Assembly: GCA_053919585.1 (NCBI GenBank)
Contig: CM132786.1
Strand: one strand, 5' to 3'
DNA length: 64,000 bases
Origin: Euprymna scolopes
Lineage: Eukaryota
The notes beneath the pieces were generated by a model. That model had not been told where the DNA came from. It saw only the letters and a list, made by a program, of their open reading frames with translations, and searched no databases. Shown in pieces: positions 39,934-54,864 of the stretch (position 1 is the stretch's first letter; every line of letters begins with the position of its first letter). A program made the translations under genes and the position numbers.

Positions 39934-40899
39934 ATAAAAGTCCATGTATTATACTTTCTTCTCATTTGTATTAATTGTATAAATAATATTTCAAAAATAA
40001 GTTATATGCGTTTTCAAATAAGGAGATATATTTCAATCGCACTGTAGATTAGATTTATCATTATTGAAAGAAACTTTGTGGAAATTATAAGTTGCTATCT
40101 ACACAACTTTTGTAATTTACTGATCATAATCAGTTCATTCATTTCCTTCATTGGTTATTCCGATATCTTTTTAGTTAACAGTTCTTTTGATAAAGACAGT
40201 GGATAATTATAGGACGAACGATATTAAGGTTACCAGCATCTTAAGTGAACGTTTTTCTGTTGAACGACCTGGAATCGAGCGCGACGTATTAAACATAATC
40301 GACCCATTCAGCCATGGCTACACTTTCCAGAGAATTGTATTTTGTTTGAAATAATAACTTTCCATCGGGGTCAGTTCTATCAAGAAAAATTAATTTTTCT
40401 TCTGGTAAAAATAACTGTTATTGCCAGCAAAATAATGGTAAATAAATATTCTTTAAATAAAGCAACAAATGTTATTTATTTACTTACATTTGGACCAATT
40501 AAAATCTTTTTTATAACAATAAAAATATACTGCCGTTTAACCGTAAAAATAATTGCAGCTAAATATTTTTTTTTCAAATCAACAAAACGAATGTTGCTTT
40601 TTAAAACATATTTATTTGAAATTTTACTGTTATATTCGACGGGATGGCGGAATTTAATTTAGGAAAATTTCATTTTAAAAGTATTGGTTGTCAGAAATGT
40701 TACCTTAACGTCATCAATTTTCTCTTTTGGATTTTCAAATTTCTTATTTGTAAATATTTTTTCACATCAATAAAACGAATGTCACTTTAAAAAGCGTATA
40801 TATTTAAAATTGTACTGTTTTATTCGATGTGAGAACAATTCATTTTAAAACAGTGGATTTTGGAATTTTACATCCAATTTATATGCATTTTAAATGATT

Positions 40900-41325
40900 A
40901 CAGAAGAAATGTTGCGAGTTTGTCTCTGCTGTATAGTTATTTTCATGGAAAGTGTTCGACTGAGCTTCAATCTATGATCCCCCCTCGCCAAACTTTAACA
41001 AGAAACAATGAAAACACTATCAATAATCCCCCACTCTTTATCTGTGCCTAAACCTAAACGTAGATTCCATGAACAAAGCGTCTTTCTTAGAACTGCATAC
41101 CTGTGGAATTGTCTTCCATTTTCCTGCTTTCCAGCTGACTACAATATGGTTGTTTTCAACTCTTACGTAAACAAGTTCTTGATGAGCCGTTCCACTTGTT
41201 AACAAATTTATCGAATTTCCGTTACTAACGATTACTATATTGTCCAATTTCTACTGTACACTCTGTAACTCTTATCCTCGAGTGGCCTCTTAGCCTTGAT
41301 AAGTGGTGATACCTATGTAAAAAAA
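40900..41325 (+). mobile_element. CR1-group LINE 3' fragment
   Basis: RRNVASLSLLYSYFHGKCSTELQS, homologous to 11617-11940; A-rich tail. Confidence 0.8.
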
Positions 41326-41344
41326 ATGTATTTTAAATGATTAC

Positions 41345-41525
41345 TAGGGCTATGACAACAGCATATCGTTTTCATTGTTTTGGTTTTCGAGTATATACCC
41401 CACACAGTTAGACACAGTTAATCAACCAAGAACCACATCACTCTATATAAAAGCATATAAGATATCAACGGATACACGCTCGGGAGTCAAAACAATGAAA
41501 AGAATATGCTGTTGTCATAGCCCTA
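41345..41525. mobile_element. hAT-type MITE (copy 3)
   Basis: TAGGG...CCCTA termini; 8-bp TSD ATGATTAC/ATGATGAC. Confidence 0.8.
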
Positions 41526-41819
41526 ATGATGACCAACGTAAGATTATGAATGGCTTAGCGTATAGATATTCTGTTAAAAATGTCGAATATATAAAAGGTT
41601 TGTCTAACACACTCTTATATAGAATGTTGGGAAAACCGATGGAATAACCACGGGATTATATAAAGGAGCTCGTTTGTGTGAGGCTCACTTTTGAAATAAC
41701 ACCATCGTTATTCGACTTTCCATTTCTTTCTGAATCGAATATTTTTTATTCGAGATTCCCCACTTATAAAGATAAAGAAAACTATGGGAGTGCGTTTCGT
41801 TTACGTTGATGAATGGTAT

Positions 41820-42110
41820 GGTTGGTTGGTTGGTTGGTTGGTTGGTTGTTTTTGTTTTACGGCATATCAACCCTTTTTAGGTTATTTAATGCCGAATCCA
41901 AAGATTTTGAAGAAAGATTTTTTAATAGAATATATTTGTTGTTTTCAAGTCGGTTTCTATTTAACCCATAGTTGAGACCCTAACAGGCACTACCACTCCG
42001 GGTCAGAGTGGACCTGGGAGCAATGGCAATTAAAGGGTGGCTCCACACTCCCCAAACCCCGCAATCTGGAGCCTCACCATTGGATAAAGTTTAAAGTCAT
42101 ATCCAGGACC
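41820..42110 (-). mobile_element. 5'-truncated SINE-like retroposon with (AACC)n tail
   Basis: GC-richer core followed by GGCATTAAATAACC...GGTTGATATGCCGTAAAAC stem-loop tail and (CCAA)n; family not assigned. Confidence 0.45.
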
Positions 42111-42512
42111 GATGAATAGTATGAACTCGATATTATTGATTTGATGGCCTTAAAAATGATTGACATTTGATTTGGCGACGTTGTAATGAACAGGAAAGCA
42201 GTTCAGTGGTTATGTGTTCTACAGATGGGAGGTTCTTGCAAAAAATCTCCGTGCATAGAAATCTCGCTTGACTCTAGACACGTGAAGTGAAAACGGAAAG
42301 TAACATTGATGTGGTAGACAACGCGAGTTCTTGCTGTGAATGCCCTAACTTAAAAACCTGGGATTCGAGCTCAGTCGATAACTTTACTTTGAAGTAATAA
42401 TAGAATAGACAGAGACTAGCAACGTCTCTTCTGTGAAAATGTCGTTGTAGGGAAGAGATTTAATTAGATCACCATTCAATAATTGAAATACAAACAGTAA
42501 AACTCTTTTCTA

Positions 42513-43064
42513 CGAAGGTCGTTCGGCAAGTAAGGTCTTCTGCTTTTTAACTCAAAGACTAAAACGTTGAAGAGCTACGAAGATGACAGTTGTACCATTT
42601 AAACGAGTGGCCTTTTCTGTTTCTAGAACTAATTTTTTTTTCTACATAGTAACCACCAACTCAATACAGTTTTGCCAGATTTCTTTGATGTTTCGGTCAT
42701 AAATGTTCGGAGCGCATTTTATCATTCACATCTCTGTTGCCACTCTGAAATCGAAGACCTCATCTCCTAACTTTGTTGACATCAACTGCATCGACTTCGT
42801 AAACGTTCAGCAGATGCCGGTGAATGTTCATTGGTTCAATTTTTGTGCATGGGAGAATACAATGACGCAGCTCTGCTCTTGACACAAGCCCATGACAGAG
42901 TTGCTTTCTTGGAGTCTCACACCGTCAATATCTACAATAGAGACAGGAAACTTTTAGAACATAAATGAAGAAGTTCAGCCATCATAACAATGTAATTTCC
43001 AATCTTATTTGTTCCATTCGGTCGGAACAAAAAATAGGAGACATTACTTTTGAAACGTCCTTCC
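42513..43064 (-). mobile_element. Internally deleted irritans-type mariner (552 bp)
   Basis: TA flanks, degenerate CGAAGG..AAGTAA.GTCT TIRs; N-terminal HTH remnant EQSCVIVFSHAQKIEPMNIHRHLLNVY...VRR*. Confidence 0.65.
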
Positions 43065-44156
43065 TACATCAATGAATATATGGCCTTTATTCAATTCATA
43101 TTGTGTATTCACTCTAAAACTATTCCTTTTTTTATTAAATGTCATTATATTAAATGATGTTATTTTGTGAGTCCTGGAAATGTCCGCTTGTTTCAAAGTT
43201 ATAAAGTTATATTAAAAAAAAAACAGTCAATCACTCAGCTTTGATGGATTGGTCAGGAGACATCCACCTCTTTCCTCGCGTCTTCTTGCCTGCTTCTTAG
43301 TCTGAGAGTTTAACCTTTTTCAATATCTACTGCGGATCGATATATTGCTCTTATGGTTTGTATTGTTTTTCAAACCGTCTCAAAACGAACGACTACCTTC
43401 GGGACTCTGAAAGGAAATTTTAATCCATTCGTGTTTTCTTTTTAAAATCATTCCTTTCAAACGGGATTATATTTGTGTCCACTCCTTCTTTGTAGTCTAC
43501 TAAATTCGCTTTTACCGACGGAAACTGACTCAGAGGAACGATGCGGCTTACTCTTTCATCTACCGATACGTATGGCTCCTCTTGTAATCTTACCTTCACT
43601 CGTATTGATCTACTTGTATTGTATTCTTCCGTATCGTTCTTCTGTTGAATGCTTCGTCTTTTTGTTTCGATATGTTTCTTTTCTTATTTTAAATATTCAG
43701 TTATGATCACTTAAAATGATGCTATTAGTCGTCAATTTCTTCTTTAGTCCGACTTTTAATACCAATAAGAAGCTTCACGTTTCTCTCATGTTAAGAATTG
43801 TTTTTTGTGCATCTCTATACTTTCGTTGTTTGAGGAAGTAAACCTTCCTAAGCGTTATCTCCTCTCTTTTAGATGCCTCTATTGGAAATACGGATAAAGC
43901 TACTCAGATATTTTAGGTGATCAGTGTGCACTATTTCTAGTTCGCTGGCTTTTCAAACCTCGCTTGACCTTGTGTATAACCTCCTAGAGGTGACGTTTAT
44001 AAANNNNNNNNNNNNNNNNNNNNNNNNNNNNNNNNNNNNNNNNNNNNNNNNNNNNNNNNNNNNNNNNNNNNNNNNNNNNNNNNNNNNNNNNNNNNNNNNN
44101 NNNNNNNNNNNNNNNNNNNNNNNNNNNNNNNNNNNNNNNNNNNNNNNNNNNNNNNN

Positions 44157-44190
44157 GAGGAAGTCTCGAAATAAAGACGAAACGTTGATG
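44157..44190 (+). ncRNA. Hammerhead motif cut by assembly gap
   Basis: [gap]GAGGA-A-GTCT(CGAAATAA)AGAC-GAAA-CG-TT; the first two core bases would lie in the N run. Confidence 0.5.
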
Positions 44191-44267
44191 AACACATAAT
44201 ACGGTTTGTTCCTTTTTATTTTCTGTATTTTGTCGGAATACTATTTCCATCATTTTCATCATATATA

Positions 44268-45928
<1,661 letters not shown>

Positions 45929-45930
<2 letters not shown>

Positions 45931-46669
45931 AGCAGGCCGCCTGGCGTTGCCCAGTCATAAAATACGCATACATATTTTATTTTAATTAATACAGAAACGG
46001 AGACATATTCATGCGAGTATTATGTTTTTCTAAACAGTTCACTTCTTGTAAGAAGTGAACTAAATTTCAAGTCTGTAGATCAATAATTCGTTGAGTATAT
46101 AGCTGCTAAGTGTCCNNNNNNNNNNNNNNNNNNNNNNNNNNNNNNNNNNNNNNNNNNNNNNNNNNNNNNNNNNNNNNNNNNNNNNNNNNNNNNNNNNNNN
46201 NNNNNNNNNNNNNNNNNNNNNNNNNNNNNNNNNNNNNNNNNNNNNNNNNNNNNNNNNNNNNNNNNNNNNNNNNNNNNNNNNNNNNTTGAAAGAGTTATAT
46301 GCTAAATTGATAATTGAATAAAGTTACATTTGTGTTCACTTTTGTATTAAATACTAATCCGTATTTATCCCTAACTGTGCATCGAATGAATACTAAACCT
46401 TTAGTTCGTTGCATATTATTATAATAAAAGTCTATACAATATTTTATCCAGATCGGTATAGTAGATTTCGAGAAAGAAGTTAGATTAAATGCTATATTCT
46501 GGTGACTAATCTCTATTAATCCGTAACTATAAATTGAACGGATACCATAATGCTTAGTAGGCATCTATTTATTAAAACTAAAATTCATACAAAATTTCGA
46601 CCAAATCGGCGCTGTAATTTCTGAAGATAGGTGGAACACACAGACATAAAATATGAAATATAATGTAGA
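45929..46669 (-). mobile_element. Non-autonomous Helitron, family E (spans gap)
   Basis: A|TCTAC start; CTGGGCAACGCCAGG hairpin and CTTG (mutated CTAG) end. Confidence 0.55.
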
Positions 46670-46681
46670 TCTCTCTCTCTT

Positions 46682-46712
<31 letters not shown>

Positions 46713-47519
46713 TTAGTCTAACACTATTTTTGTGGTTGCAAAGGACATTAAAGAGAATTCAAGAATTGTTTTACATATTTCCTCATATAAAAGATTAACA
46801 ATTTCCCCAGACTTCCTCTTAATTGTAACATTTAAAAAGATGTACCACTGAACACTTAAGTCGGTTTATTTATTCACAGATAAAAACTGTTACATAGCGA
46901 ATCCGGTTAATGTAATTGAAAAGCAACTTTAGTTAACAGAAGTTTGACTGACATCAATAAGAAAATAATTTTCTTATTTTGGCTGACAACTGAAGCAAGC
47001 GGAGAACTGACGCTTCCCCGAATAACTTCCTTTAGGGATGAGGCGCACATGGTATTTAACCTATCAATCTGCTTATCAATGTGAATATCTCTCTTCCCTT
47101 CGTTTCATGCATGCAAGTAACCCGTCAGTGTAAAATGTTAATTTCTCCCTCTGTGTGCCTTTTTGTCTCTGATTGATCCTAAGCATAGTCCACATTTCTT
47201 AAACTCTGAATGGACCTCACGCTGTTTGTAAATGTTGCAATGTGTCTGTGGTAATAAAGCTGCTCTAAAAACTAAATAAGATGGTACGAGAGACAGTATC
47301 CACGGAAGTCCTCGACTTTAACAGAGGTTGTATAATTGTTTATACACGCTACAGACAGTTAAAACTGTTTGAAAAATTGCAATTACGTATTTTTGCTTAG
47401 AAAAGGATCACTTAATATTAAGGGACGGAGGCCACTCGATGATAAGGGTTAATGTGTGTACGGTAGTCATTGGGACAATAGCGTAGTAATCGTTTGTTGT
47501 GGAAATTTGGTATAATTAG

Positions 47520-47700
47520 ATTATTTAATGTGGCTGTTCATTAAGAACTTGTTTCGTTAGACTAGTAGATGACAATAGTGCAGTCAACTGAGATGCTGAC
47601 CAGCGTAACACAGTTCCACAAGCGGGCAGTTTTAGGAAAAAAGCTTCGTTCGTGGAATCCACGTTTAGGTTTAAGCACTGATAGAAACTGGAGGCATTGA
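47520..47700 (-). mobile_element. CR1-group LINE 3' fragment (old)
   Basis: Homologous to 11620-11800. Confidence 0.6.
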
Positions 47701-47856
47701 GAAATTTTAATGAATTGGAATATTTGGAAGAATACATTAATTTAAATTTAGATAAGAAAATTAAAAATAAGGAAGAAAAAAATGAATGTCGCTGAAGTAA
47801 AAATTTCGACATCAACTATTTTAAAATGAATTGTTCCAAAAAATAAAACAGTACAA

Positions 47857-48323
47857 TCTATATTATAAACCTTATACTTATGTATGTATGTATGTATGTA
47901 TGTATGTATATCTGCTTAAAAATTTCGACAGACGCGGCGGATTTTCACGAGATTGGTATCTTCTTGAAGCTTGACCACTCGGACGACAAACATCAAACAA
48001 TTGGCTAAAGACATTCATTTCTTCACCCTTAACTGGGCACTTTCTACAGGGAGGGGTTGCTCTTTTTCGCCCATATTTTCGAAAGTCATCCCATCTTTTC
48101 GATTGTCTAGCCTTAATTTAAACATACATCACTTTTTGTTTTGCGATGGGCGCAACAGCAAAGACGTCACGTTTTTTATGTTCTTTTCCTCCTTTGCGGT
48201 ATAGGTTCAAGCATGCCTGCCTGCCTACTATCACATTTTTTTTTGCTCAACACACACCTAAAACAGCCGGGCAACGCCGGGCAACGCCGGGCAACGCCGG
48301 GCAACGCCGGGCACCCAGGCTAG
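47857..48323 (+). mobile_element. Non-autonomous Helitron, family B
   Basis: A|TC start, CTAG|T end, no TSD; joined flanks restore a sequence seen uninterrupted (inverted) at ~40795-40821. Confidence 0.88.
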
Positions 48324-48625
48324 TTTAAAATAAATACGTTGTAAAAAGCGACATTCGTTTTATTGATTTGAAAAACTACTTAGCTGTAATTATATTTAAG
48401 GTTAGAAAACGGTGTATATTTATTGTTATAAAATTATTTAAATTGCAACCATTTTGAATAAATGAATAAATAAGATATATTTGTTGTATTATTTAAAGAA
48501 TATTTATTTACGGATTATTTTGCGTGCAATAACAGTTATTTTTAAAGAATAAATATGTCCTTTTAATCGTATTGAACCCGATAAAAATTTATAATTTCAA
48601 AAAGAGTATTATTATTATTAACAAG

Positions 48626-48670
<45 letters not shown>

Positions 48671-48719
48671 GTTATTGTTATTGTTATTGTTATTAACAAG
48701 ACAGTAACTGAGGTTCAAT

Positions 48720-49330
48720 GTTTAACAACATGGATCTATATTATATATGATTGTTTTTTTTTTGTTTTTGTTTTTTGGAATTCATTGAGATGAGTAATTT
48801 GTATATTTATTTATTTATTTTGCGGACTGTTAAATTCGTCTTCATATTTGTTGTTCTTTCTTCCACCACGTTTCGACCAAATATTCCTTTCGCCTTCTTC
48901 AGGTGGTTAACCGTGACGAGATAAGGGTGCTGAGACGCTTAACTGTATCCTCGGTAATTACTGCCTTCCATAATTGTTGTCTTACCACGTTTTGGCCAAC
49001 GAATCATCTAGCCTGTTTTCGGTAGGATTGAAACCGCCATCTTCAGACAATGCTCACCTGGAACCGTAGACATTCAACGCCTCCATCTAGGTGAGCATTG
49101 TCTGAAGATAGCGGGTTCAATCCTACCTAAAGCAGGCCAGATGATTAGTTGACCAAAATATTTTGAGGCAGCAATAACTATAGAAGGCAGTAATTACTGA
49201 AGATACAGTTAAGAGACTCAGCATTCCTCTCTTGAAGAAGGCCAGAGGTTGTGTTGGCCGAAACGTGGTGAAACAACAACAACGATTAAGATAACACTTC
49301 GCAAAACAAATAGACAAATAAACATAGATC
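48720..49330. mobile_element. Head-to-head pair of the tRNA/HHR SINE-like element
   Basis: Minus copy ~48720-49087 and plus copy 49089-~49330, both homologous to 22131-22400; HHR-like motifs at ~48864-48906 (-) and ~49229-49270 (+). Confidence 0.65.
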
Positions 49331-49497
49331 GATAATGTTTAATTCGTCAAGTTCGATCTCAGGTTATTCAACTTAAACACTTTCACTTAAGATAATGGCA
49401 ACCTTTCCATGGTTTGTTCTATAAGTATCCGGCCGTTTTAACGAAATAATTCTAACTAGAAAACATCGTGACAACCAATTATTTGATTCATGCCAAA

Positions 49498-49922
49498 CTA
49501 GCGTGGGTGGTTGGCGGTGTCTGGATGTTTGGAGGTGTGTGTTAAGCACAAAAAACAGTGGTAGGAGGCAGGTAGACTAAACCCCGAACCGCGAAGGAGG
49601 AAAAGAACGTGAAAAAAAACGTGACGTTATTGCAGTTGCGTCCATTGCCAAACCGGAAGTGATGAGGGTTAAAATTAATCAATCGAAAAGAGTGGGTGAT
49701 TTTCGAAAATATCGGCGGAAAAAGCCACCTCTCCTTGTAGAAAAGTGCCCAGTTGAGGGCGAAGGAATTAATGTTTTTGGTCATTTTTTATATTTGTGGT
49801 CCTAAGGCTGGTGCATCAAAATGATACCAATCCCGTAAAAATCAGTCGCCTCTATGGAAAGTTTTAGGTAGACCTGCATACATACATACATTTATGCAGA
49901 CAGGTGAAATTTATATTATAGA
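49498..49922 (-). mobile_element. Non-autonomous Helitron, family B
   Basis: TCTATAATATAAAT start, CTAG|T end; homologous to 30748-31188. Confidence 0.8.
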
Positions 49923-50019
49923 AGAATAGATGAATTATTAATAGCAAATTACAAAGATTCATTAGAATCCAATCTGGAATTTACTGAAGATTTTGTTTAA
50001 TAATAAAATGTTTAATAAT

Positions 50020-51090
50020 AAATATAATTTATGCATGTATGTATGTACTTCTCTTAGTCTCTCTGTCTGACCGTCTGTCTGCTAGTTTCACCTTTTCTCG
50101 TATACTATTGGACTGATCCGTTTGAAATATTACATGGCACTTTGGTATACGATGCAGTGAAGTATTATGGTAACTATTTGGTGCGCAATTAGGGTTAATT
50201 TACTAAAGATATTTATTAGAAGTATGTGCACAGAATTAAGTATTATGGTATCCGTTCAATGTACAGTCAGGGATTAATATGGATTAGTATTAAATTAAAA
50301 ATTTAGTTCAAATTTAAACATATTAAACTATCAATTACGCATGAAGCATTCACTCTAATTCCACAGGCTATAAAATTTGCATTTTAAAAACACGCAAAAA
50401 GTCTAGCTATATTTATATAATGACATCTGATTTATTTATTCCTGACGGTAAAAACAACTCATTTAATTTACCATTTAAAAATAAAAATCTACACTAGAAA
50501 AAAAAAACTGCAGAAATTAAATTATACATCGTAAAGAGTTGTGAAAACGCTTCAAGATTTAGATCGATGCTCCGGGGTGACACCGGGTTACTTCTGTAGA
50601 TATTAAGAAGAATGTCTCACAAAACTTTACACTCTCAGTTATTTGACATTATTAAACTTTAAACGTTTATATTTTAATGTTTTCGTAGTGAATATTTCTT
50701 TATTCATCGCACGGACGACTAAAGCTCTTCGAAAAATTACATTCGGTTGACTGAGAAATGTTATCGCTTCCTTTTTAATCATCGAATTGAAATATTAGAA
50801 GAAAAGTATTAAATTATAAAAACAAATCCATTATTAAATTTAAAATACAAAGAAATATTGTGAGACTTGACATAGTAATATGAGACAATAGAGTGAAAGA
50901 GAGTAAAAACCTTAGTAGCAGTCAGTGTCCCCCAATAATTCCAGCATAAACTGACCTGGTAACAAGTAAATGCCGAGGCATTATGAACAACATGAAAAGA
51001 AACTGGAATTTTTGGTAGATTTTAACAATTTCAGTGATCATAGAAACTTGTTCGTGCATGTGGTGCAATATATTTAGAAAGAGTAGTATT
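50020..51090 (+). mobile_element. Helitron family E copy (ends not resolved)
   Basis: Reverse-complement homology to 38502-39477, e.g. GCTCCGGGGTG(A/G)CACCG. Confidence 0.45.
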
Positions 51091-51289
51091 AATTCTATGT
51101 TTCTTTAAATGTTTATGTTTCTTTAAACTAGACATTCTTTACAAAGTAATAAAAGCAACTTCTGATTTTCATGAGTCAAACACACATAACCACAAAGTCT
51201 AAAGGCAGCAGATCACCCATGACAATACAATACGTTAAGTATTCGTACACATGCACACATATCACTATCCATAAACTGTCAATTTCTCT

Positions 51290-52540
51290 GATATTATCCT
51301 ATATACCATACGTTATCCTATATGCATACCTTATCCGGTATGTCATATATGTGTACCATATATTATCCTATATACCACACATTTATCCTATACAACCATA
51401 CATTTATCTTATATACCATATATTATCCTATATGCCATACATTTATCCTATATACCATACATTTATCTTATATACTATACATTTATCCTATATGCCATAC
51501 ATTTATCCTATATACCACACATTTATCCTATATACCATATATTATCCTATATGACATGCATTATCCTATATACAATACATTTATCCTATATACCATACAT
51601 TTATTCTGTATACCATACATTTATCCTATATGCCATATATTATTCTATATGACATGCATTTATCCTGTATACGATACATTCATCCTATATACCATATATT
51701 ATCCAATATGACATACATTTATCCTATATACCATATATTATCCTATATACCACACATTTATCATATATACCATACATTTATTCTATATACCATACATTAA
51801 TCCTATATACCATACATTATCCTTTATACCATAATTTATCCTATATACCATACATTATATTATGTGCCATACATTACCCTATATACCATACATTATCCTA
51901 TATGCCATACATTAATCTATATACATACATTTATCCTATATATCATACATTATCTTATATGCCATACATTATCCTATATGATATATTATCCTATATGTCA
52001 TACATTATTCTGTATACCATATATTTATTCTATATACCATACATTTATCCTATATACTATGCATTATCCTTTATACCATACATTATCCTACATGCCATAC
52101 ATTATCCTACATACCATATATTTATGGTATACATTACTATATATACCATAGATTATCATATATACCACACATTATCCTCTATGTCATACATTATCCTATA
52201 TACTATATATTTATCCTATATGCCATACATTATCCTTTATACCATACATTATCCTATATGCCATATATTACCTTATATACCATACATTATCCTATATACA
52301 ATAGATTATCCTATATACCATGTATTTATCCTATATACCATACATTTAATCTGTATGCCATACATAATCATTATATTATATGCTGTACATTATCCTATAT
52401 ACTATACATTATCCTATATACCATACATTATCCTATATACCATGAATTATTATATATGCCATACATTATCCTATATGTCATATATTATCCTATATACCAT
52501 ACATTATCCTATATACCATACATTATTCTATATACCATTC
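51290..52540. repeat. 19-20-bp tandem satellite, ~1.25 kb
   Basis: Roughly 60 units of TATCCTATATACCATACAT(T) with variants. Confidence 0.92.
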
Positions 52541-53103
52541 ATGCAACTCTGATGAGTTTTAAAGCATCTGAAATTGCTAAGTAAGATCTACTATATAATC
52601 TTCGTTTTTATAACGACCACCGTTTTGTCGACTAATATAGTCGGGACATGCCAAAATTTAGAAGACTCTCGAAAAAAGTGTCTTATACATATATTTTTTT
52701 AACATATTTACAATTAAATATACGGCACACTTAGAGAGCAGTCACAAAAAGATTGTTTTCTACTTAGGATTTTATATATTGGGCTTTAAATTTCATTTAA
52801 ATAATGTATATTTCAAATTTTAATAAAGGTTTAGGTATCATAGCTCTATTGTGAAGTGGGATGTTTACAGATTCGAAATCATTTCTAATGTCTTGTCCCA
52901 AACATTTTATACTTGTGATTTAACTTTGTTTAAAAGTGGGTTGATTGAAGTCTTAACGAAAGTTTGACTTCACAGCTTCCTTTCATTGTCGCCCTCAGAA
53001 CATTTTACACATAAATACCTTTTTACACATGAATAGATTTTTCGTTTTGTGTAGATTCTCTAACCTTTTCTTTATTAGGAATCACTCAAAAAATTTGCAA
53101 GTA

Positions 53104-53309
53104 CAGGGTGGGCCAAAATAAGGGTCCTATCTTTAAATTTGAATAACTTAAAATAAAAGTTAAACTCACCAAACTTTATGTGTGTGTAGACTGACCATTC
53201 CGAGATTTTTTTGAAATAAACAAAACAAATTTTGGCCGATAAACACTTCTTAAAACTTACATGAATTTATGAATTTTTAAAAATAGGACCCTTATTTTGG
53301 CCCACCCCG
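53104..53309. mobile_element. Tc1/mariner MITE (206 bp)
   Basis: 27-bp TIRs CAGGGTGGGCCAAAATAAGGGTCCTAT (1 mismatch); TA on left, TG on right. Confidence 0.85.
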
Positions 53310-53311
53310 TG

Positions 53312-53362
<51 letters not shown>

Positions 53363-53699
53363 CATTGGACTGTTGTTGTTCGTCGATTCGTACGTTGAGT
53401 TATTTAGAAAATTATGTGTGAATTTGTCAACATCATCATTATCATGTACTGGATATGTGTGAGTCTTAAACAAACTCTTTATTTAAAAAAAAATCTAAAC
53501 GTCTGTAAATCATATCAATTGGACTGTTGTTTGTCGTCGATTCGTACGTTGAGTTATTTGGAAAATTATGTGTGTGTTTGTCAACATCATCATAATCATT
53601 ATCATGTACTAGGAAGAAAAAGATCAGGATGGAAAAGGGACAAAAACAGTCCAACCGCTGATGACTTACTATGTATGAGTTGGAATTTTCCTTTATGTG

Positions 53700-54808
53700 T
53701 ATTTTACATGTACGTGTGTGTACGTATGTATATGCATATGTATGTATGTGCGTATTTGTGTGCCTCTACGTGATTATGGTTGCATGTGTATGCACATGCA
53801 TACGTGTGTTGGCATACATCTGTATGGACGCATGTGTTTATTGTCATATGTATGTGGGGTGGAGAGGATTCCCGTAAGCCGTGGTGAAGTCAACCCCTCT
53901 AGGAGAAACAAATCTTAGATTTTAAAAAAAAAACATAAAGCTGGAGACCAGTACCCGCATTAAGCTGGTCTGCAGTTTTACGTGTTGCTGGGTATCTTGC
54001 TCTTGCTTGTTGCTGGATGTCAACATTTTGAACCGAGAGAGAGATTTAGCTGTCGTACAAAGCTAAAACTCTGGAACATCATCTGTGTATAGATACTCCC
54101 TCAGCCATGGAAATGTTGTGATGCCTGTAGCCCTGAAATGCTGGAAGCATGTAGTAATTAATCTGCCATCATTATATGTATATATGTATGTATAGGTGTA
54201 TGCATGNNNNNNNNNNNNNNNNNNNNNNNNNNNNNNNNNNNNNNNNNNNNNNNNNNNNNNNNNNNNNNNNNNNNNNNNNNNNNNNNNNNNNNNNNNNNNN
54301 NNNNNNNNNNNNNNNNNNNNNNNNNNNNNNNNNNNNNNNNNNNNNNNNNNNNNNNNNNNNNNNNNCGTGTATGTGTATATATGCATGTGTGTATGTATGT
54401 ATATGCATGCATGTATATGTGTATGTATGTACATATTTGTGTATGACTGCATATTCATGTATGTGTATNNNNNNNNNNNNNNNNNNNNNNNNNNNNNNNN
54501 NNNNNNNNNNNNNNNNNNNNNNNNNNNNNNNNNNNNNNNNNNNNNNNNNNNNNNNNNNNNNNNNNNNNNNNNNNNNNNNNNNNNNNNNNNNNNNNNNNNN
54601 NNNNNNNNNNNNNNNCATTATGCATTGTGTATGTATATATGTATATATGTGTGTATGTTTACAAATGTGTATATGTATGTATATGTGAGTATGTATTTGT
54701 ATATGTGTGTGTATTTATATGTATGTACATGTGTATGTATTGCGTGTGTGTATGTATATAAATGTATGTGCATTATGCATTGTGTATGTGTATATCTATA
54801 TATGTGTG

Positions 54809-54862
<54 letters not shown>
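53700..54862. repeat. Interrupted (TG/TA/TATG)n low-complexity region with two gaps
   Basis: Alternating purine-pyrimidine degenerate microsatellite at ~53700-53855 and ~54170-54862. Confidence 0.75.

Positions 54863-54864
<2 letters not shown>

Noticed and set aside
43260-43990. Possible PLE coding remnant on minus strand
   Set aside because: Too decayed to recover diagnostic motifs by eye
51171-52584. Overlapping Tyr/Ile/Pro-rich ORFs up to 216 aa
   Set aside because: Translations of the 19-20-bp satellite in several frames
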